Part shown: positions 36,850-63,905 of the stretch, one piece after another
How the letters are laid out: the number at the start of each line of letters is the position of its first letter
Numbering within the stretch: position 1 is the stretch's first letter
NCBI RefSeq assembly: GCF_009914755.1
Contig: NC_060941.1
Reading direction: 5' to 3' (one strand)
DNA from: the human T2T-CHM13v2.0 reference genome, Homo sapiens
DNA length: 64,000 nucleotides
Translations under genes and position numbers: made by a program
Notes under the pieces: generated by a model
The model's input: the letters and a program-made list of their open reading frames with translations, nothing else
Told to the model about the DNA's origin: nothing
Database searches by the model: none

Positions 36850-38071
36850 TGATATATAGTATTATAGAACCTAATATTAAACCTCTGGCTCAATATATTT
36901 TTGCATAGATCCCATCTGTGTAACCACCACCTAGATCAAGATGTTTCCGGCTTACCAGAAGGCCCCATTGTAACTCCTACCAATCAATAGCTCTCTGGTC
37001 AATCCCTCCATACCCCCTAACAATTATTTGGCTTTCTATCACCATAGATTAGTTTTGTCTAATCCTTCAACTTCATATAAACATAAGTATGTATTCTTTT
37101 GTCTGGCTTCATCTGCTCAGTATTACTTGTGTGGGACTCATCCATGGTGTTGTATATGGCAGCAGTTCATTCATTTTATCATTGTGTCATATTAGTTGTA
37201 TGAATATATTACAATGTATTTAACCTGTTTGGCTCTTGGTGGACTTAAGGGTTATTTTCAGTTTGGAGCTATAATGAAAAAGCTGTTATGAACATTACAT
37301 CTGTGTCTTTTGATGGATGCCTGGACTTGGAGACCCAGGAGTGGAAATGCTGGATAACAGAGTAGGAATATGTTTGTTTGTTAAATAATGACAGTTTTCC
37401 AAAGTGGTTGACCAGTTTACACTCCCACTAGTAATGTGTGAGATCCATAGAGAAGTAAGCTTTACAAAAAAAAAAAATGACAGAGAGGACTCAGGATCCA
37501 GTTACTGCATATCCCTACCAACACCTGACACTGTCTCTCTTCATTCTGGTGGGTTTGTGGTAATCTTGCAATGAGGTTTTTTGCTTGTTTGCTTTTCGGA
37601 GTTGTTTTTTTTTTTTTTTTTTTTGTACATTTAAAAAATTGTGGTAAAAACATATAATAAATTTTACCATCTTAACCTTGTTTAAGTGTACAATTCAGTA
37701 TGTTAAGCACATTCACACTGTTGTGCCACAGATCTCTAGAATATTTCCATCTTTCAAAACGGGACTCAATACCCACTGAGTAAAAACCGCCCCCCCATTC
37801 CCCTCTTTCCCCAGCACCTGGCAATTATCATTTTACTTTGTTTCTATAAGTTTGAATACTTTAGATACCTCATATAAGTGGAATCATACTGTATTTGTCT
37901 TTTTCTGACTGATTTGTTTCACTTTGCATGTCTTCAAGTTTCACCCACACTGTAGCATGTGACAGGATTTCTTTATTTTTAAAGGCTAAGTAATATTCCA
38001 TTATATTTATATACTACATTTTGCTTATCCATTCATCCATTGATGGCCGTTTAGTTTGCTCCCACCTCTTA

Positions 38072-38451
<380 letters not shown>

Positions 38452-38457
38452 TCAAAA

Positions 38458-38492
<35 letters not shown>

Positions 38493-38644
38493 ATGAAGTA
38501 GTATTGCTGAGTCATATGGTAATCCTATTTTTAATTTTTCTGAGGAATCTGCATACTGTTTTCCGTAGTGGCTGCACCATTTTACAGTCCCACCAACAGA
38601 GCACAGCGTACAAATTACTCCACATCCTTGTCAGCACCTGTTAA

Positions 38645-38939
<295 letters not shown>

Positions 38940-39061
38940 TAGCCAGGATGGTCTCGATCTCCTGACCTCGTGATCCGCCCACCTCGGCCTCCCAAAGCGC
39001 TGGGATTACAGGCTTGAGCCACTGGGCCTGGCCTTTTTTTTTTTTTTTTTTTTTAAGATAG

Positions 39062-39205
<144 letters not shown>

Positions 39206-39402
39206 TAAAAAAGCACTGGGATTACAGGCATGAGCCTCCATGCACAGCTGTGGGAAGAGTTCTGATACAAATTCAATTTCTTGCCGGGCACAGTGGCTCA
39301 CGCCTGTAATCCCAGCACTTTGGGAGGCCAAGGCAGGTGGATCACCCGAGGTCTGGAGTTTGAGACCACCTTGACCAACATGGAGAAACACTGTCTCTAC
39401 TA

Positions 39403-39528
<126 letters not shown>

Positions 39529-40672
39529 CTACAGCCTGGGCAACAAGAGCAAAACTCCGTCTCAAAAAAAAAAAAAAAATTCAATTTCTTTTCATACATA
39601 AGACTATTCAGATTATATATTTCTTCTTGGGAAAGCTTTGGTAGTTTGTGTTTTTCAATAAATTTGTTAATGTATTCCATAGTGTTGAGTTTATTTGCAT
39701 ATAGTTGTTCCTAATATTTCCTTAGTATCTTCTTTTTAATGTCTATATGATCTGTAGTGATGTTCATTCATTCCTGATAATGGTAATTTGTGTTTTTTCT
39801 TTTTTTCTTGATCAGTCTGCCTTTTAAAAAACTGGCTGTTCTTAAAACTGGCTGGTTTCATTTTCTGTATTGTTTACACATTTTCTATTTCAGTAATTTT
39901 CACTCATCTATATTATTTCCTTCCTTCTGCTTACTTTGGGTTTAATTTGCTCTTTTATTTTTTTCTAACTTCTTAAGGTGCAAGCTTAAAGTGTTGCTGC
40001 CAGACCTTTCTTCTCTTCTAATGTAAGTATTTGATGCTATAATGTCCCTGTGAGCACTTCCTTAACTGCATTTACACTTTGTGACATGTGGTATTGTTCA
40101 ATTTCCTTTAGTTCAAAATATTTTCTAATTTTCTTCATGCTTTCTTATTTGATCTACGGGTTAAGTTTGTGTTGTTTCATTTCCAGATGTTTTGGCTATT
40201 GTTGTTATTGATTTTCAGTTTACTTCTGTTCTGGTCAGGGAACATAATTTATATAATTTCAATCCTTCTCAATTTATTGAGAATTAATTTATGGCTCAGA
40301 TTATGGTCTATTTTGGTGAATGTTCCATGTACACTTGAAAAGAATGTGGACTCCGCTATTGCTGAGTGGAATATCTGTAAAGATCGATAAGGTCAAAGTA
40401 TTTGATGTTGTTCAAATCTTCTGTATACTTACTGATTTTCTTTTTACTTCTTCTATCAGTTACCAAGTGAAGAATGTTGAAATATCCAACTATAATTTGT
40501 GGATTTCTCCTTTCAATGCTATCATTTTTGGTGCTTCATGTATTTTTGAAGCTCTATTATTAGGTATGTACCACATTTAGGATTGATATATTTTCTTAGT
40601 GAAATGACCCCTTTGTCATTATGTAATGCTCTTCTTTGTCCATGGCTATAGTCCTTGTTCTAAAGCGTAACT

Positions 40673-40681
<9 letters not shown>

Positions 40682-40708
<27 letters not shown>

Positions 40709-40769
40709 CTAGAATATATATACAATAGATTATGTATCTATATTCTATATATGTATATATATACTAGTA

Positions 40770-40856
<87 letters not shown>
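40682..40856. repeat. Compound (TA)n(GT)n(TA)n microsatellite
   Basis: Read directly from the sequence. Confidence 0.95.
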
Positions 40857-40859
<3 letters not shown>

Positions 40860-41030
40860 CAGCGTGGTGGCTCATGCCTGTAATCCCAGCACTTTGGGAG
40901 GCCGAGGTGGGCAGATCTTTTGAGTCCAGGAGTTTGAGACAGACTGGCCAACATGGCAAAACCCCACCTCTACTAAAGTATACAAATTATGCCAGACGCG
41001 GTGGCTCACACCTGTAATCACAGCAGTTTA

Positions 41031-41504
<474 letters not shown>

Positions 41505-41884
41505 TTATCCTTTTATTGTTGATCTATCTGTGTCTCTATATTTAAAAGCGATTTATTGTGGGCAGAATATGGTTGAGTCTTGTGTTTGTTTGTTTGTTTG
41601 TTTGTTTTTGAGATGGAGTCTTGCTCTGTCACCCAGGCTGGAGTACAGTGGTGCAATCTCGGCTCACTGCAAGCTCCGCCTCCCGGGTTCATGCGGTTCT
41701 CCAGCCTCAGCCTCCTGAGTAGCTAGGAGTCTTGTGTTTTTATTCAGTCTGACAATCTCTACTCTTATATTGATATTTAAACCTATTGACTTGGTTAAGT
41801 TGAAATCTACCATCTTGCTATCTGTTTTTTATTTATACTATCTGTTATTTGTTCCCCTTTTCCTCTTTTTCTGCCTTTTTTTAG

Positions 41885-42151
<267 letters not shown>

Positions 42152-42296
42152 TGATCTGCCAGCCTCGGCCTCCCAAAGTGCTGGAATTACAGGTGTGAGT
42201 CACTGGGCCTGGTCAGGATTTCTTTCATTTCAACTAACTGTTGGCTTATTAACCCTACTTTTTTGTTTTAATTTTTAGTGGTTACTGTTATTTTAA

Positions 42297-42773
42297 TGTA
42301 TTAGTCAGATTTTTCCAGAAAAACAAAACCTATAGGAGATAGATAGGTAGATAGATAGATAGATAGATAGACAGACAGAGGAGGATTTACTATAAGGAAT
42401 TGGCTTGCATGATTATGGAGGCTGAGAAGTCCCAAGATCTGCAGTTGACAAGCTGGGGACCCAGGAGCATCAGTGGCATAACTCCAGTCTGAATCTGTGT
42501 CTAAAGGCTGGAGAAGATCAGTGTTCCAGCTCAAAAACATTCAGGCAGGGAGAGCCTTCCACTACTGGCAGGAGCGCCTTTTTGTTCTTGTCAGTTCTTC
42601 AATCGATTGGATGTGGTCCACCCATATTAGGGAGGGCAATGTGCTTTACTCAGTCTATTGATTCAAATAATGTCATGCAGAAACACCCTTGTAGACGTAC
42701 CCAGAATAATGTTTAACTGAATATCTGGCACCCCATGGCCTAGTCAAGTTGACACATAAAATTAACCATCACA
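42297..42773 (-). mobile_element. MLT2-type (ERVL) solo LTR with internal (GATA)n
   Basis: tgtattagtcag...gctgagaagtcccaagatctgc...caagttgacacataaaattaaccatcaca. Flanks tttaa/tttga. Confidence 0.8.
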
Positions 42774-45030
42774 TTTGAGATTTATAATTTGCATCTTTAA
42801 CTTATCACGGTCTATCTGCAAAGAATATTATATCACTTAGCTGGGCGTAGTGCTGTGTGCCTATAGTCCCAGCTACTCAGGAGGCTAAGTGGGGAGGATT
42901 GCTTGAGCCCTGAAGTTCGAGGCTGCAGTGAGCTGCGATCACATCACTGCTCTCCAGCCTGGGCTACAGAGAAAGAGCTTGTCTCTAAAAAAATTAAAAA
43001 TAAAATAAAAAGAATATTACCTCATGTATGGTGATACAATAGTATACTTCTATTTCCTTCTCTTTTGTGGCTATTGCTGACATATAATTTATCTGTAGCT
43101 ATGAGCCCTGCAGTACATTGCTATTATGTTTTGCTTAAATAGTAAATTGTCTTTTAAATATATTAAAATGAAATAAGGTGTTTTATATTTATATGCATAT
43201 TTAACATTTGTATACTGCAGGTATGCTGGCGACAGTTTCTTTTAGCTTTTGTCTGAAATAGTCATTTAAAGGTAAAACATTTTAAAACTTTATAATTTGC
43301 AATAATATTATACTTATGAAGAATTACAAAATTGCCCAAAAAATTTCCATAAACCTATTTCCCAATTTCTTCATACGGTAACATCCACAAAACTACCATC
43401 CAAACTAAAAGATTGACATTGATACAATACTATTAGCTCACCTGGAGACCTTATTCCAGTTTTGTCCATTGTCCTACTATTGCCCCTTTTCTTGACCAGT
43501 ATTCAATCTAGGGTTGCTTATTGCCTTTAATTGTCTTTTCTTCTTAGTCTCCTTTAATCTGGGATAGTTCCTCAGGCTTCCTTTCTTGACACTTGTGCTG
43601 GTTGTTTGTGGTTGCCCTGCAGAGCAAAGATCAGCAACTCTACCCAAATGTGGTTTGAATGTGGAGACTGATGATGCCACATATACACAAAGAGGGCATG
43701 AGGCATTCTGGGCAGAGCACAACAGGCTCCCCAAAAGGCCCCAAAATGGCTTGAGAACAAGGGAGGGGCAAGTTGCCTTGGGTCTTATTGAGGTTAAGGG
43801 CTGGGGATAGGGCATGGTTTTCCCATGCACAGGCCAGTGTTTGAACTTCCCTGCTGGAGCCAAGGGAGGAAACACCTAGGCTTTTTTGTCTACCAAATGG
43901 AGGGCAAAAGATTAAGGAGGAGTTGTGGGGCTTCAAAGCTGTCAGTGGTCAAACATCAAATATGGAATTGGATTCTGTTACAATTCACCCCTGATGTTTA
44001 ATGGATTACTGAAATGTATCCTGTTTTTTTAAATTAAATTTAAACCTGTTTAAGTATGCTGTGATGGTACTCTATGAGGCCTGCAGCCTGAGGCCAGTAA
44101 GGGGGATAAAATTTCTGTTCAATGCCTTCTTATTAAAGAGCCTAATGTTATGTATTTTGAGAAGTGAAATGAATGCCTCGGTCACTCTCAAGAATGTATG
44201 GAACTCTGAAGGGGATAAGGAGTATCTTGGTGAGGCCTTGTATTGTGGCTTGAGTATGTGCAGAGATATATCTGACCTTGATTTATATTTCTGGGTATCT
44301 TCAAGCAAGACATTTCCAGAGTTCTTTACCCCAAAGAGGATGACCTTGGATAAAGAACTGTTGTTGCCATTAGTCAGACCAGATAGCCAGGTAATTGGCA
44401 ATGGCCTAAGGGTCTGAAAAATGTTAAGATGGGGTTGCTTATTGGGCAGGGCATCCTTTGTTGCTAAGATGACTGCTTGAAGTTTGGCAAATTGTGTGGA
44501 CCCTTGGGTCCTGTCTTTTATCAGGGATGTCTGTTAAGGGATGGAAAACACAAATAGAATCAGTTGTGACGGTAGCACTGCCATTTTTAAAGTATATGAA
44601 TTCCCTTTGCTGTTCACTCAGTTGATCCCAAAGGGATCCCCAAGAAGCCAAGGGGTCTGAGAGAGGAATGACCTCCTTCAGCACTGTGGTGTCTGGCCAG
44701 AAACTGAGGACAGGGGAGCCCATGGCCTCCTGCAGGCAGGATATGCTACAGGACCCAGATTTGGCTCCATACTGTAGATACTATTTTCATTTTAGCAAGG
44801 AAGCCTCAATAGCCATGCCAAGCTTTGGGGGTGTGCCTTCCATGGCCCAAGGCATAGCGGGCAGCTAGTGTGTCATGGTCTCAAGGCCTGTAAGAGCCTC
44901 CTTTTTTGGAAGAGTCCAGTATGCAGTCAGCTATTGTCACTCTAATAATGTATAGCATCAGGCTGAGGAAGGCGATTTCTTGCATCGGAAACCCACAGAC
45001 TATTTATGGCCATCATAAGTGAACCAAAGA

Positions 45031-45166
45031 CTCTGGAAGTATGAGAGGAGGTTGCTAAAGCCTCTACAGTGAAGGAATTTCTGGGGAGCACTAACAGTCT
45101 CTGGAAGTATGAGAGGAGGTTGCTAAAGCCTCTACAGTGAAGGAATTTCTGGGGAGCACTAACAGT
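45031..45166. repeat. Perfect 68-bp tandem duplication
   Basis: ctctggaagtatgagagg...gagcactaacagt occurs twice, identical (45031-45098, 45099-45166). Confidence 0.97.
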
Positions 45167-45214
45167 AGGGTCTGTCCTTTTGCAATTTGAACAGGTTTTA
45201 AGCCTTTTGTTTTA

Positions 45215-45583
<369 letters not shown>

Positions 45584-45959
45584 TTAAAATTTGCAAAGGA
45601 GGAACATGTTGCTTCAGAACCCCCAGAGTTCTAAAAGATACTGGGCTTTTAGCATTGTGGGTGCTAAGAGGGTCAATAGAGATTTCTTGACAATGTCAGA
45701 AATGTCAAGGATAAACAGCTCTCAATTTACCAAGTAATACCCAGAAATTTTACTGAGGTATACTTGTGCTTGTACCTTGTACTTTGTGTGGAAGAAATGA
45801 CCCATCCTTTTTCATGAGCTGCCTTTTGAATGTTTGTATGCGTTAAATTAGTGTATCAAATGAATTTCCACTGCACCCAACTACTTCAGGAGGCTGAGAG
45901 GGGAGGATCGTTTGAGCCCAGGAGTTTGAGGCTGCAGTGTGCTATGACTGTACTTGTGA

Positions 45960-46265
<306 letters not shown>

Positions 46266-46690
46266 TGATCCACCCACCTCGGCCTCCCAAAGTGCTGGGA
46301 TTACAGGCGTGAGCCACCGCGCCCGGCCTCAAGACCCTGTCTTTTTAAAAAATTAATTTCCTCTGAGAAGGATGTCATATATCTAACATCATACTTGTGT
46401 TTCTGGAGAGAGTTGGATGCAGTTAAGGTTTTTGTTTGCAAAGATCGTGTGCAATGGCAGGTCTGTTGGGGGTCCCATGGGTAGTTAGTATATTGTGTCC
46501 ATGCAATGGTAAAGACAAGCTGGCTGAAACGGGAACTTAAGAGAACATATTAGCCCAAATATATGATAGCAAAGTATTTGCCAGTTGCTGATTGGAGGGA
46601 GGCAGTAATTTTAGTAGTATAGAAGCTGGCCTGTTTTTTACTCACAACACTTCTGACACTAAATGTATGGGTTTTTTCCCCTATACCAAC

Positions 46691-47053
46691 TGATATGGTT
46701 TGACTGTGTTCCCACCCAAATCTCATCTTGAATTGTAACTCCCACAATTCCTACATGTCGTGGGAGGAACCCAGTGGGAAGTAATTGAAACATGAGGGTG
46801 GGTCTTTCCTGTGCTATTCTCATGATAGTGGATAAGTCTCACAAGATCTGATGGTTTTAAAAACGGGAGTTTCCCTGCACAAGCTCTCTTTCTCTTGCCT
46901 GCTGCCATCCGTGTAAGATGTGATTTGTTCCTCCTTGCCTTCTGCCATGATCGTGAGGCCTCCCCAGCCATTTGGAATTGTAAGTCCATTATACCTCTTT
47001 TCTTCCCAGTCTCGGGTATATCTTTATCAGCAGCCTGAAAACGACCTAATACA
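46691..47053 (+). mobile_element. THE1-family (MaLR) solo LTR inserted in a MER21-like LTR (~46617-47720)
   Basis: tgatatggtttg...cctaataca with TSD ccaac at 46686-46690 and 47054-47058. Confidence 0.85.
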
Positions 47054-47912
47054 CCAACCAATTCTCCAACTCTCTGAAAACCAACTGGGTGTCCAGCAAT
47101 TCAGTTTCATTCTGACACTATCTACCTGGAGTTCACATCAGTTCCCACGAGATTGCCCCATCTTTAGAGACCACTCACAAGTCCCAGGCCTCCTGTACTT
47201 CTGACTGGCCAGTTAAAAATCGGGTGTTCTCATGACCCCCTCCTCAGTTTCCATAATTTACTGGAATAGCTCACAGAACTCGGGAAAATACTTTACTTAC
47301 ATTTACTGGCTTATTATAAAGGATGCAATTCAGGAACAGCCAGATGGAAGAGATGCCCAGGGAAGGGTATTGAGCGGGGGTGGAGGAGGGTACCCCCAGA
47401 GTTTCCATGCCCTGAGTGCTTCACTCTCCCGGGACCTCCACGTGTTTACAGAACCCTGTAGGGTAGAAGGGACTTATGGAGGTTTAATTACCTAGGCATG
47501 ATTGATTAAATTATTGGCCATTGGTGACTGATTCAATCTCCAGCCCTCTCCCCGCCCCATAGGTCTGAGATGAGCCTGAAAGTTCCAAACTTTTAATGCC
47601 TTGGTCTTTCTGATCATCAGCCCCCATCTTGAAGCTATCTAGCACTCCCAGCTAATCATTTCATTAGCATGCAAAAGACACATATTAGCCTAAAGATTTC
47701 AAGGGTTTCAGGAGTGCCAGGAACTCTTAAGTGGAACTGCAGCATTATGATTGTGGTAATCCACCATCAGGCATCCTTCATTCATTCTAGGTTTAAGACC
47801 AGGACAATTTGGAGTGGAGAAAAACTGGGGACAATCACCCTTCTCTAAATAGGTCTTATATAATGGGTTTTGAGCTTATGGCTAGGTGCGGTGGCTCACA
47901 TCTGTAATCCTA

Positions 47913-48188
<276 letters not shown>

Positions 48189-48374
48189 TTATTTATTTTT
48201 TATACAGAGTCACTCTCAGGATACCTAGTTTTATCTGTGTGAACAGTTTTAATAGGTTATGATAAAGGCTCAGGTTCTCATTTTGTTAAGCCAGTTGTAA
48301 TTGCCAAAAACTTAATTTTGTTTTTGTTTAGTACTCACTAGGCCAGAGTACATGTCCATTGTGGAATATTTTAG

Positions 48375-48700
<326 letters not shown>

Positions 48701-48703
48701 TGA

Positions 48704-48919
<216 letters not shown>

Positions 48920-48996
48920 TAAATATCTTTTTATTGTATAGTTTTTAGAGTAAATTTAAGATTTGCAACTGGGTTAAATCATGAACCTCTGTTAAG

Positions 48997-49033
<37 letters not shown>

Positions 49034-49191
49034 TGGGGGGAGTTACTGGATGTACTTCAGGGGGAGGGAGCTTCTCTTCTCTGCTCATATTTACGTTTAT
49101 TCTTCTGGAGAGTCCCAAATCAGTACCCTCAGGGTTAGGGGCCACTTTCATGACAGCCATTTTCTTTTTTTTTCTTTTTTTTTTTTTTTGA

Positions 49192-49376
<185 letters not shown>

Positions 49377-50238
49377 TAGCCAGGATTATCTAGATCTCCT
49401 GACCTCGTGATCTGCCTGCCTTGGACTCCCAAAGTGCTGAGATTACAAGGCGTGAGCCACTGCACCTGGCCTTATGGCAGCCACTTTCATGGCAATTGTT
49501 ATTTTATTTGATTTAGGGACTGTAGACTTAAGTTGGATTTTTATTTATTTTTTATTTTTTATTTTTTGGCAGTCTCGCTCTGTCTCCCAGGTTGGAGTGC
49601 AATGGTGTGATGTTGGCTCACTGCAGCCTCAAACTCATCAGCTCAAGTGATCCTACCACCTCATCCTCCAGAGTAGCTGGGACTATAGGCACCCAACACC
49701 ACACCCAGCTGATTTTTGCATTTTTTGTAGAGATGGGGTTTTGCTGTGGTGCCCAGGCTAGTGGATTTTTTTTTTTTTTTTTTTGAGACAGGGTCTTACT
49801 CTGTTGCCCAGGCTGGAGTGCAGAGGCACAATCCCAGCTCAGTCCAACCTCTGCTACTAGGTTCAAGTGATTCTCACGCCTCAGCCTCCCCAGTAGCTGG
49901 GACTACACGCCCCCACCTCTGGCTAATTTTTGTATTTTTGGTAGAGATGGGGTTTTGCCATGTTGGCCAGGCTGGTCTCAAACTGCTGACCTCAAGTGAT
50001 CTGCCCACCTCAGCCCCCCAAGTGTTGGGATTACAGGTACAGGCATGACTACTGCACCCAACCCCTGGATTTTTTTAATGACAAGGTCTTACTCTGTCAC
50101 CCAGGCTGGAGTGCAGTGGCACAATCATGGCTCACTGCAGCCTCAAACTCCAGCAATCTTCTCACCTCAGCCCCCCAAGTAGCTGGGACTACAGGTACAT
50201 GTCACCATACCTGGCTAATTTTAAAATTTTTTGTATAG

Positions 50239-50627
<389 letters not shown>

Positions 50628-51438
50628 TTAAGATTACAGGCATGAACCACTGCACCCAGCCTTGAGTTGGATTTGAATGAATCCCTTGACAGTTTGATAA
50701 GCTGCAGCACTTAATCAAACCCAGCTTCTTTCTGGGTCTGTTTTATAGTTATCTGGTAGGGTGATGGTGGTGTCCTCTGACCCTTTAAGAGAGATGGAGT
50801 AAGGCATTCTGGCCTAGTTTTTATAAGGGTTCATGGCATGGAGTGCTATTGAGTGTTTTTATCTTTAATCCTGGTGACTGCGCTTCCTCACCGGAGCAAC
50901 CACCAGATGGCCCTGTATGTTGCACAGAGTATCAGCCTTTCTCCTGCACACTCTATAGAACATAGGCTAATGCCTGGTTGGGACATACAACCAACAGTCA
51001 CAAAATAATAAGTGTCATGCCCTTGAGCCTAGGATCGGCGATGGTTTATGCCAGAATCAAGACATACAATTCAATCTAAGATGCACAGATAGGTCCAGAC
51101 GGGGCTCACATTTTAGGGCCACTTTAAGGACATCCTCAATTTCATATTTCTGTCTCAAAATGCCAATTATAGAAACTTTCAATTCAGGTCAGTTACATCT
51201 GTAACAGAGATTTAGTAGTCCTCAGCAAATGTGGAACAAAGCAGCACAGCTCGAAGTGTAAGCTTGCCAATAGGCAGCAGAATCAATAGCAAGCCAAAGT
51301 GAGAGGAGAGAGACCCCTGATGGTGGGTGGCTATCATCTAAGGTACGCTGTTCCCTGTGCCAGTTGTCTTGTGATTGCCCCACAGAGGAAGGGATCAAAT
51401 CTCTACCCCAGATTTGGTTTAGACATCAAGATTGGTGA

Positions 51439-52043
<605 letters not shown>

Positions 52044-52126
52044 TAAAAGGGAAAGGAGGAGTGGGGGTGGGGGCTTGAAAACTCAGCAGTTGAACATCAT
52101 GGAATCAACTAATTTATTACACTGGT

Positions 52127-56500
<4,374 letters not shown>

Positions 56501-56907
56501 TGTAGTGGTTAATTCTTAATACTTTGGGGGTCACAGACTCCTTTGAGAATCTTACCTAAGCTACAGAACCTCACCACAGAAAAAAGCACATAATCACTTT
56601 TTTTATCATTTTGTGAATATTTCACATTCATCATGATAATTTCACCTGGTCAAGTGGATATTAAACGATAAGTAAAGGCTCATATATGTGTGGAGAACTA
56701 GTGCATACAGAATTATGGAGAAATGATGGTGGATCAGTGGAGCAACTGGGGAGCTGCTGGGGCACAGGAGAGTGACAGGACAGGGGCTCAGCATGCCTCC
56801 AACCCAATCAGCAAAGCATCCACACTTCCACAGCACTGTGCTGGGTGGGAAAGCTTGTTCTTGCCCTGGCTGAAAGACAAGATGCAAGCGATATAGTGCT
56901 TCATCAA

Positions 56908-57256
56908 TGTTGTAGACCGAACATTTATCTCTCTCCAAAATGTATATGTTGAAATAGAATCTCCAATGTGATGGTATTTGGAGGTGAGGCCTTTGAGAGG
57001 TAATTAGGTCATGAGCCTTCATGAATGGGATTAGAGCCTTCATAAAAGAGACTCCAGAGGGCTCCCTCACCCATCTGCCATGTGAGGATACTGAGAAGAT
57101 GACCATCTACGACCCAGGAAGCAGGCTTCACCAGACACCAAATCTGCCAGCGCCTTCACCTTGTCCTTCTCAGCCTCTAGAACTCTGAGAAGTGTTTGTG
57201 GTTTAAGCTGCCCAGTCTAGGGTGCTTTTGCTATGGCAGCTCAAACTGCCTAAAGC
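56908..57256 (+). mobile_element. MLT1A-type MaLR LTR
   Basis: tgttgtagacc...atatgttgaaat...ggtatttggaggtgaggcctttg...ctcagcctctagaactctgagaa. Confidence 0.7.
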
Positions 57257-57444
57257 AGTCAGTAACCTCAGGATAGGAGTGGGCTGCCAGGTGGAACCCT
57301 CCCGAAAGGTTTCTGGATGGAAGATTTGAGTCACTTAAATATATATCATGCATCATGTGTGCGTGAAGAGAGACAGAGAGAGGCGGGTGGGGCAGGAGAA
57401 TATGTACTGCCTCGTTATGCATGCTCATATAGTCCTGATTTGTT

Positions 57445-58348
<904 letters not shown>

Positions 58349-58930
58349 TAGGGATGGGGTTTCGCCATGTTGCCCAGGCTGGTCTTGAGCTCTTGAGCTC
58401 AAGCAATCTGCCCACCTTGGCCTCCTCCCAAAGTACCGGGATTGCAGACATGAGCCACCTCGCCCGGCTATTTCAATTTCTATAGTGCTAGTAAAAATCC
58501 ACTAAATTGTTTATCCAACTCATCAATAAGTTCAACCCACAGTTTGAAAACCCTAGTCTAGATTTTTTTCTTTCTATTCCCTTCAGTATGAACATGAGAA
58601 AGGCTCATCATCATTCCATATTTGATATTTTGACATAAATCTGCTGGATTTAGTTAAATTACAGTTCTCCCAAATAATCAGGAGAAATTTGACTAGAACT
58701 ATCTTGGTATTGCCCATGGTTGTTGCTTCTCTTTGACAGTAAACCAAAAAATTAAGCGCATGGTTATGGAGTCTGACCGCTTGAGCTGGCTGCCCCACCT
58801 GCCTCAGTTTCTTTATCAATATCTGGGACATCATCATCTTAATAGTAACTGCCTCTGGGTAAGCCATGTAAGACAAATTAACACAAGGCCTGGCACATAG
58901 TAAGTGCTCAAAAGATGTTGGCAACTATTT

Positions 58931-58984
<54 letters not shown>

Positions 58985-60539
58985 ATTTATTTAGTGACGG
59001 AGTCTTGCTCTGTCGCCCAGGCTGGAGTGCAGTGGCTCACTGCAACCTCCGCCTCCCTGGTTCACGCCATTCTCCTGACTCAGCCTCCCGAGTAGCTGGG
59101 ACTACAGGCGCCTGCCACCACTCCCGGCTAATTTTTTGTATTTTTAGTAGAGATGGGGTTTCACCGTGTTAGCCAGGTTGGTCTCGATCTCCTGACCTCG
59201 TGATCCGCCCGCCTCGGCCTCCCACAGTGCTGGGATTACAGGCGTGAGCCACCGCGCCCGACCTATTTATTATTTTTTAAACTGTCAATGTTGTTGTCTT
59301 ACAGCGGAGACCTGAAAGCAGCTTAGCCATGAGCAGCGCTCAAATAAGGAAAGAAATTCTTTGCAATAAATAGGGATCTTTGAAAGGTTTTACGTTGGAC
59401 CCGCCTTACCGTGGACAGACACTAGAGGGTGCTCCTCGCTCAGAAAGCCGAGTGTTTCCAGGCCCGGGACCTCTGCCAGGAAGCTCTTCGACTGCCGGTT
59501 CTGAAACTCTCTCTTTGGGTCTGGTAATTTACTGGGGAGAACTGGCTGCTGCCTTGGTTCTGAAACTAAAGGCTTTTTACGGAAGTAGGAGGAGACTGCA
59601 AGAGGCTATATGGAGCAGAAATGTGGCTCCTTCAAACTTTCACCAATTGGCGTTCTGCCGGACTGTGACTTGGAGGATTCCAGCAGTGTCTCATTCACCC
59701 ATGAGCCCCAGGGTCTAGCACACATAGTGTCTGGCAGACAGTGAGCGCTTTGTAAATATTTATGGAATGGGACCAACCGATGGAGGCGTCTGAGACCTAA
59801 ATAATTATAATTACAAATTGGCAAGTGCTGGCACGATGACCACAGACCATTAAGGGCGCTCCCAGAAGAGTGGGGGCTGGGGAGGATTGGCCAGAATGGC
59901 TTCCTGAAATTCAGGAGCCCTGGCACTCTCTGGGGTACACAGAAAAGATCTTCCACATCCGGCTTTTGGATATTTAAAAACAGCTTCATGCTCCATTTTT
60001 TTCATGTCCTTCCTGTGGAATGATTTCTAGGCTTTTCACTCAGTTGATCGCTCCCTGCAGACTTGTAGGAAGGCAAATAATAGGTTAGCACCTACTGGGT
60101 TCAAGCATCTCCTATGATCTCCATTATCTGATTTAATTGTGTCTTTATCTCATTTAATCCCCACAACAACTCTCTGAGACTAAGGCTATTATCCACATTC
60201 TACAGATTAGAACTTGGTAAGGTTTGATAACTGGCCCAAGATCACACCATTAGGGAGTGACAGGACCAGTATTTGAACCCAGATAGTCTAGCAGCAAAAG
60301 ATGCTTTTAAAAATTTTCACTTAAAAGAATAACAACAACAGCAACTAACAGTATGGAGGGGGCCAGATAGTTTTCTGTGTTTTACATTTATTAACTCATT
60401 TAAGTCATTTAATTGCTATACACCTAGATGTCATCCTTTCTATTAATACATTGTTAGTACTGAAAAGTGAAGAGAATGATACAACAAACACCCATGTACT
60501 CATCACCTGGCATGAAAAAAAGGTTAATGTTAAAGTTGA

Positions 60540-63905
<3,366 letters not shown>

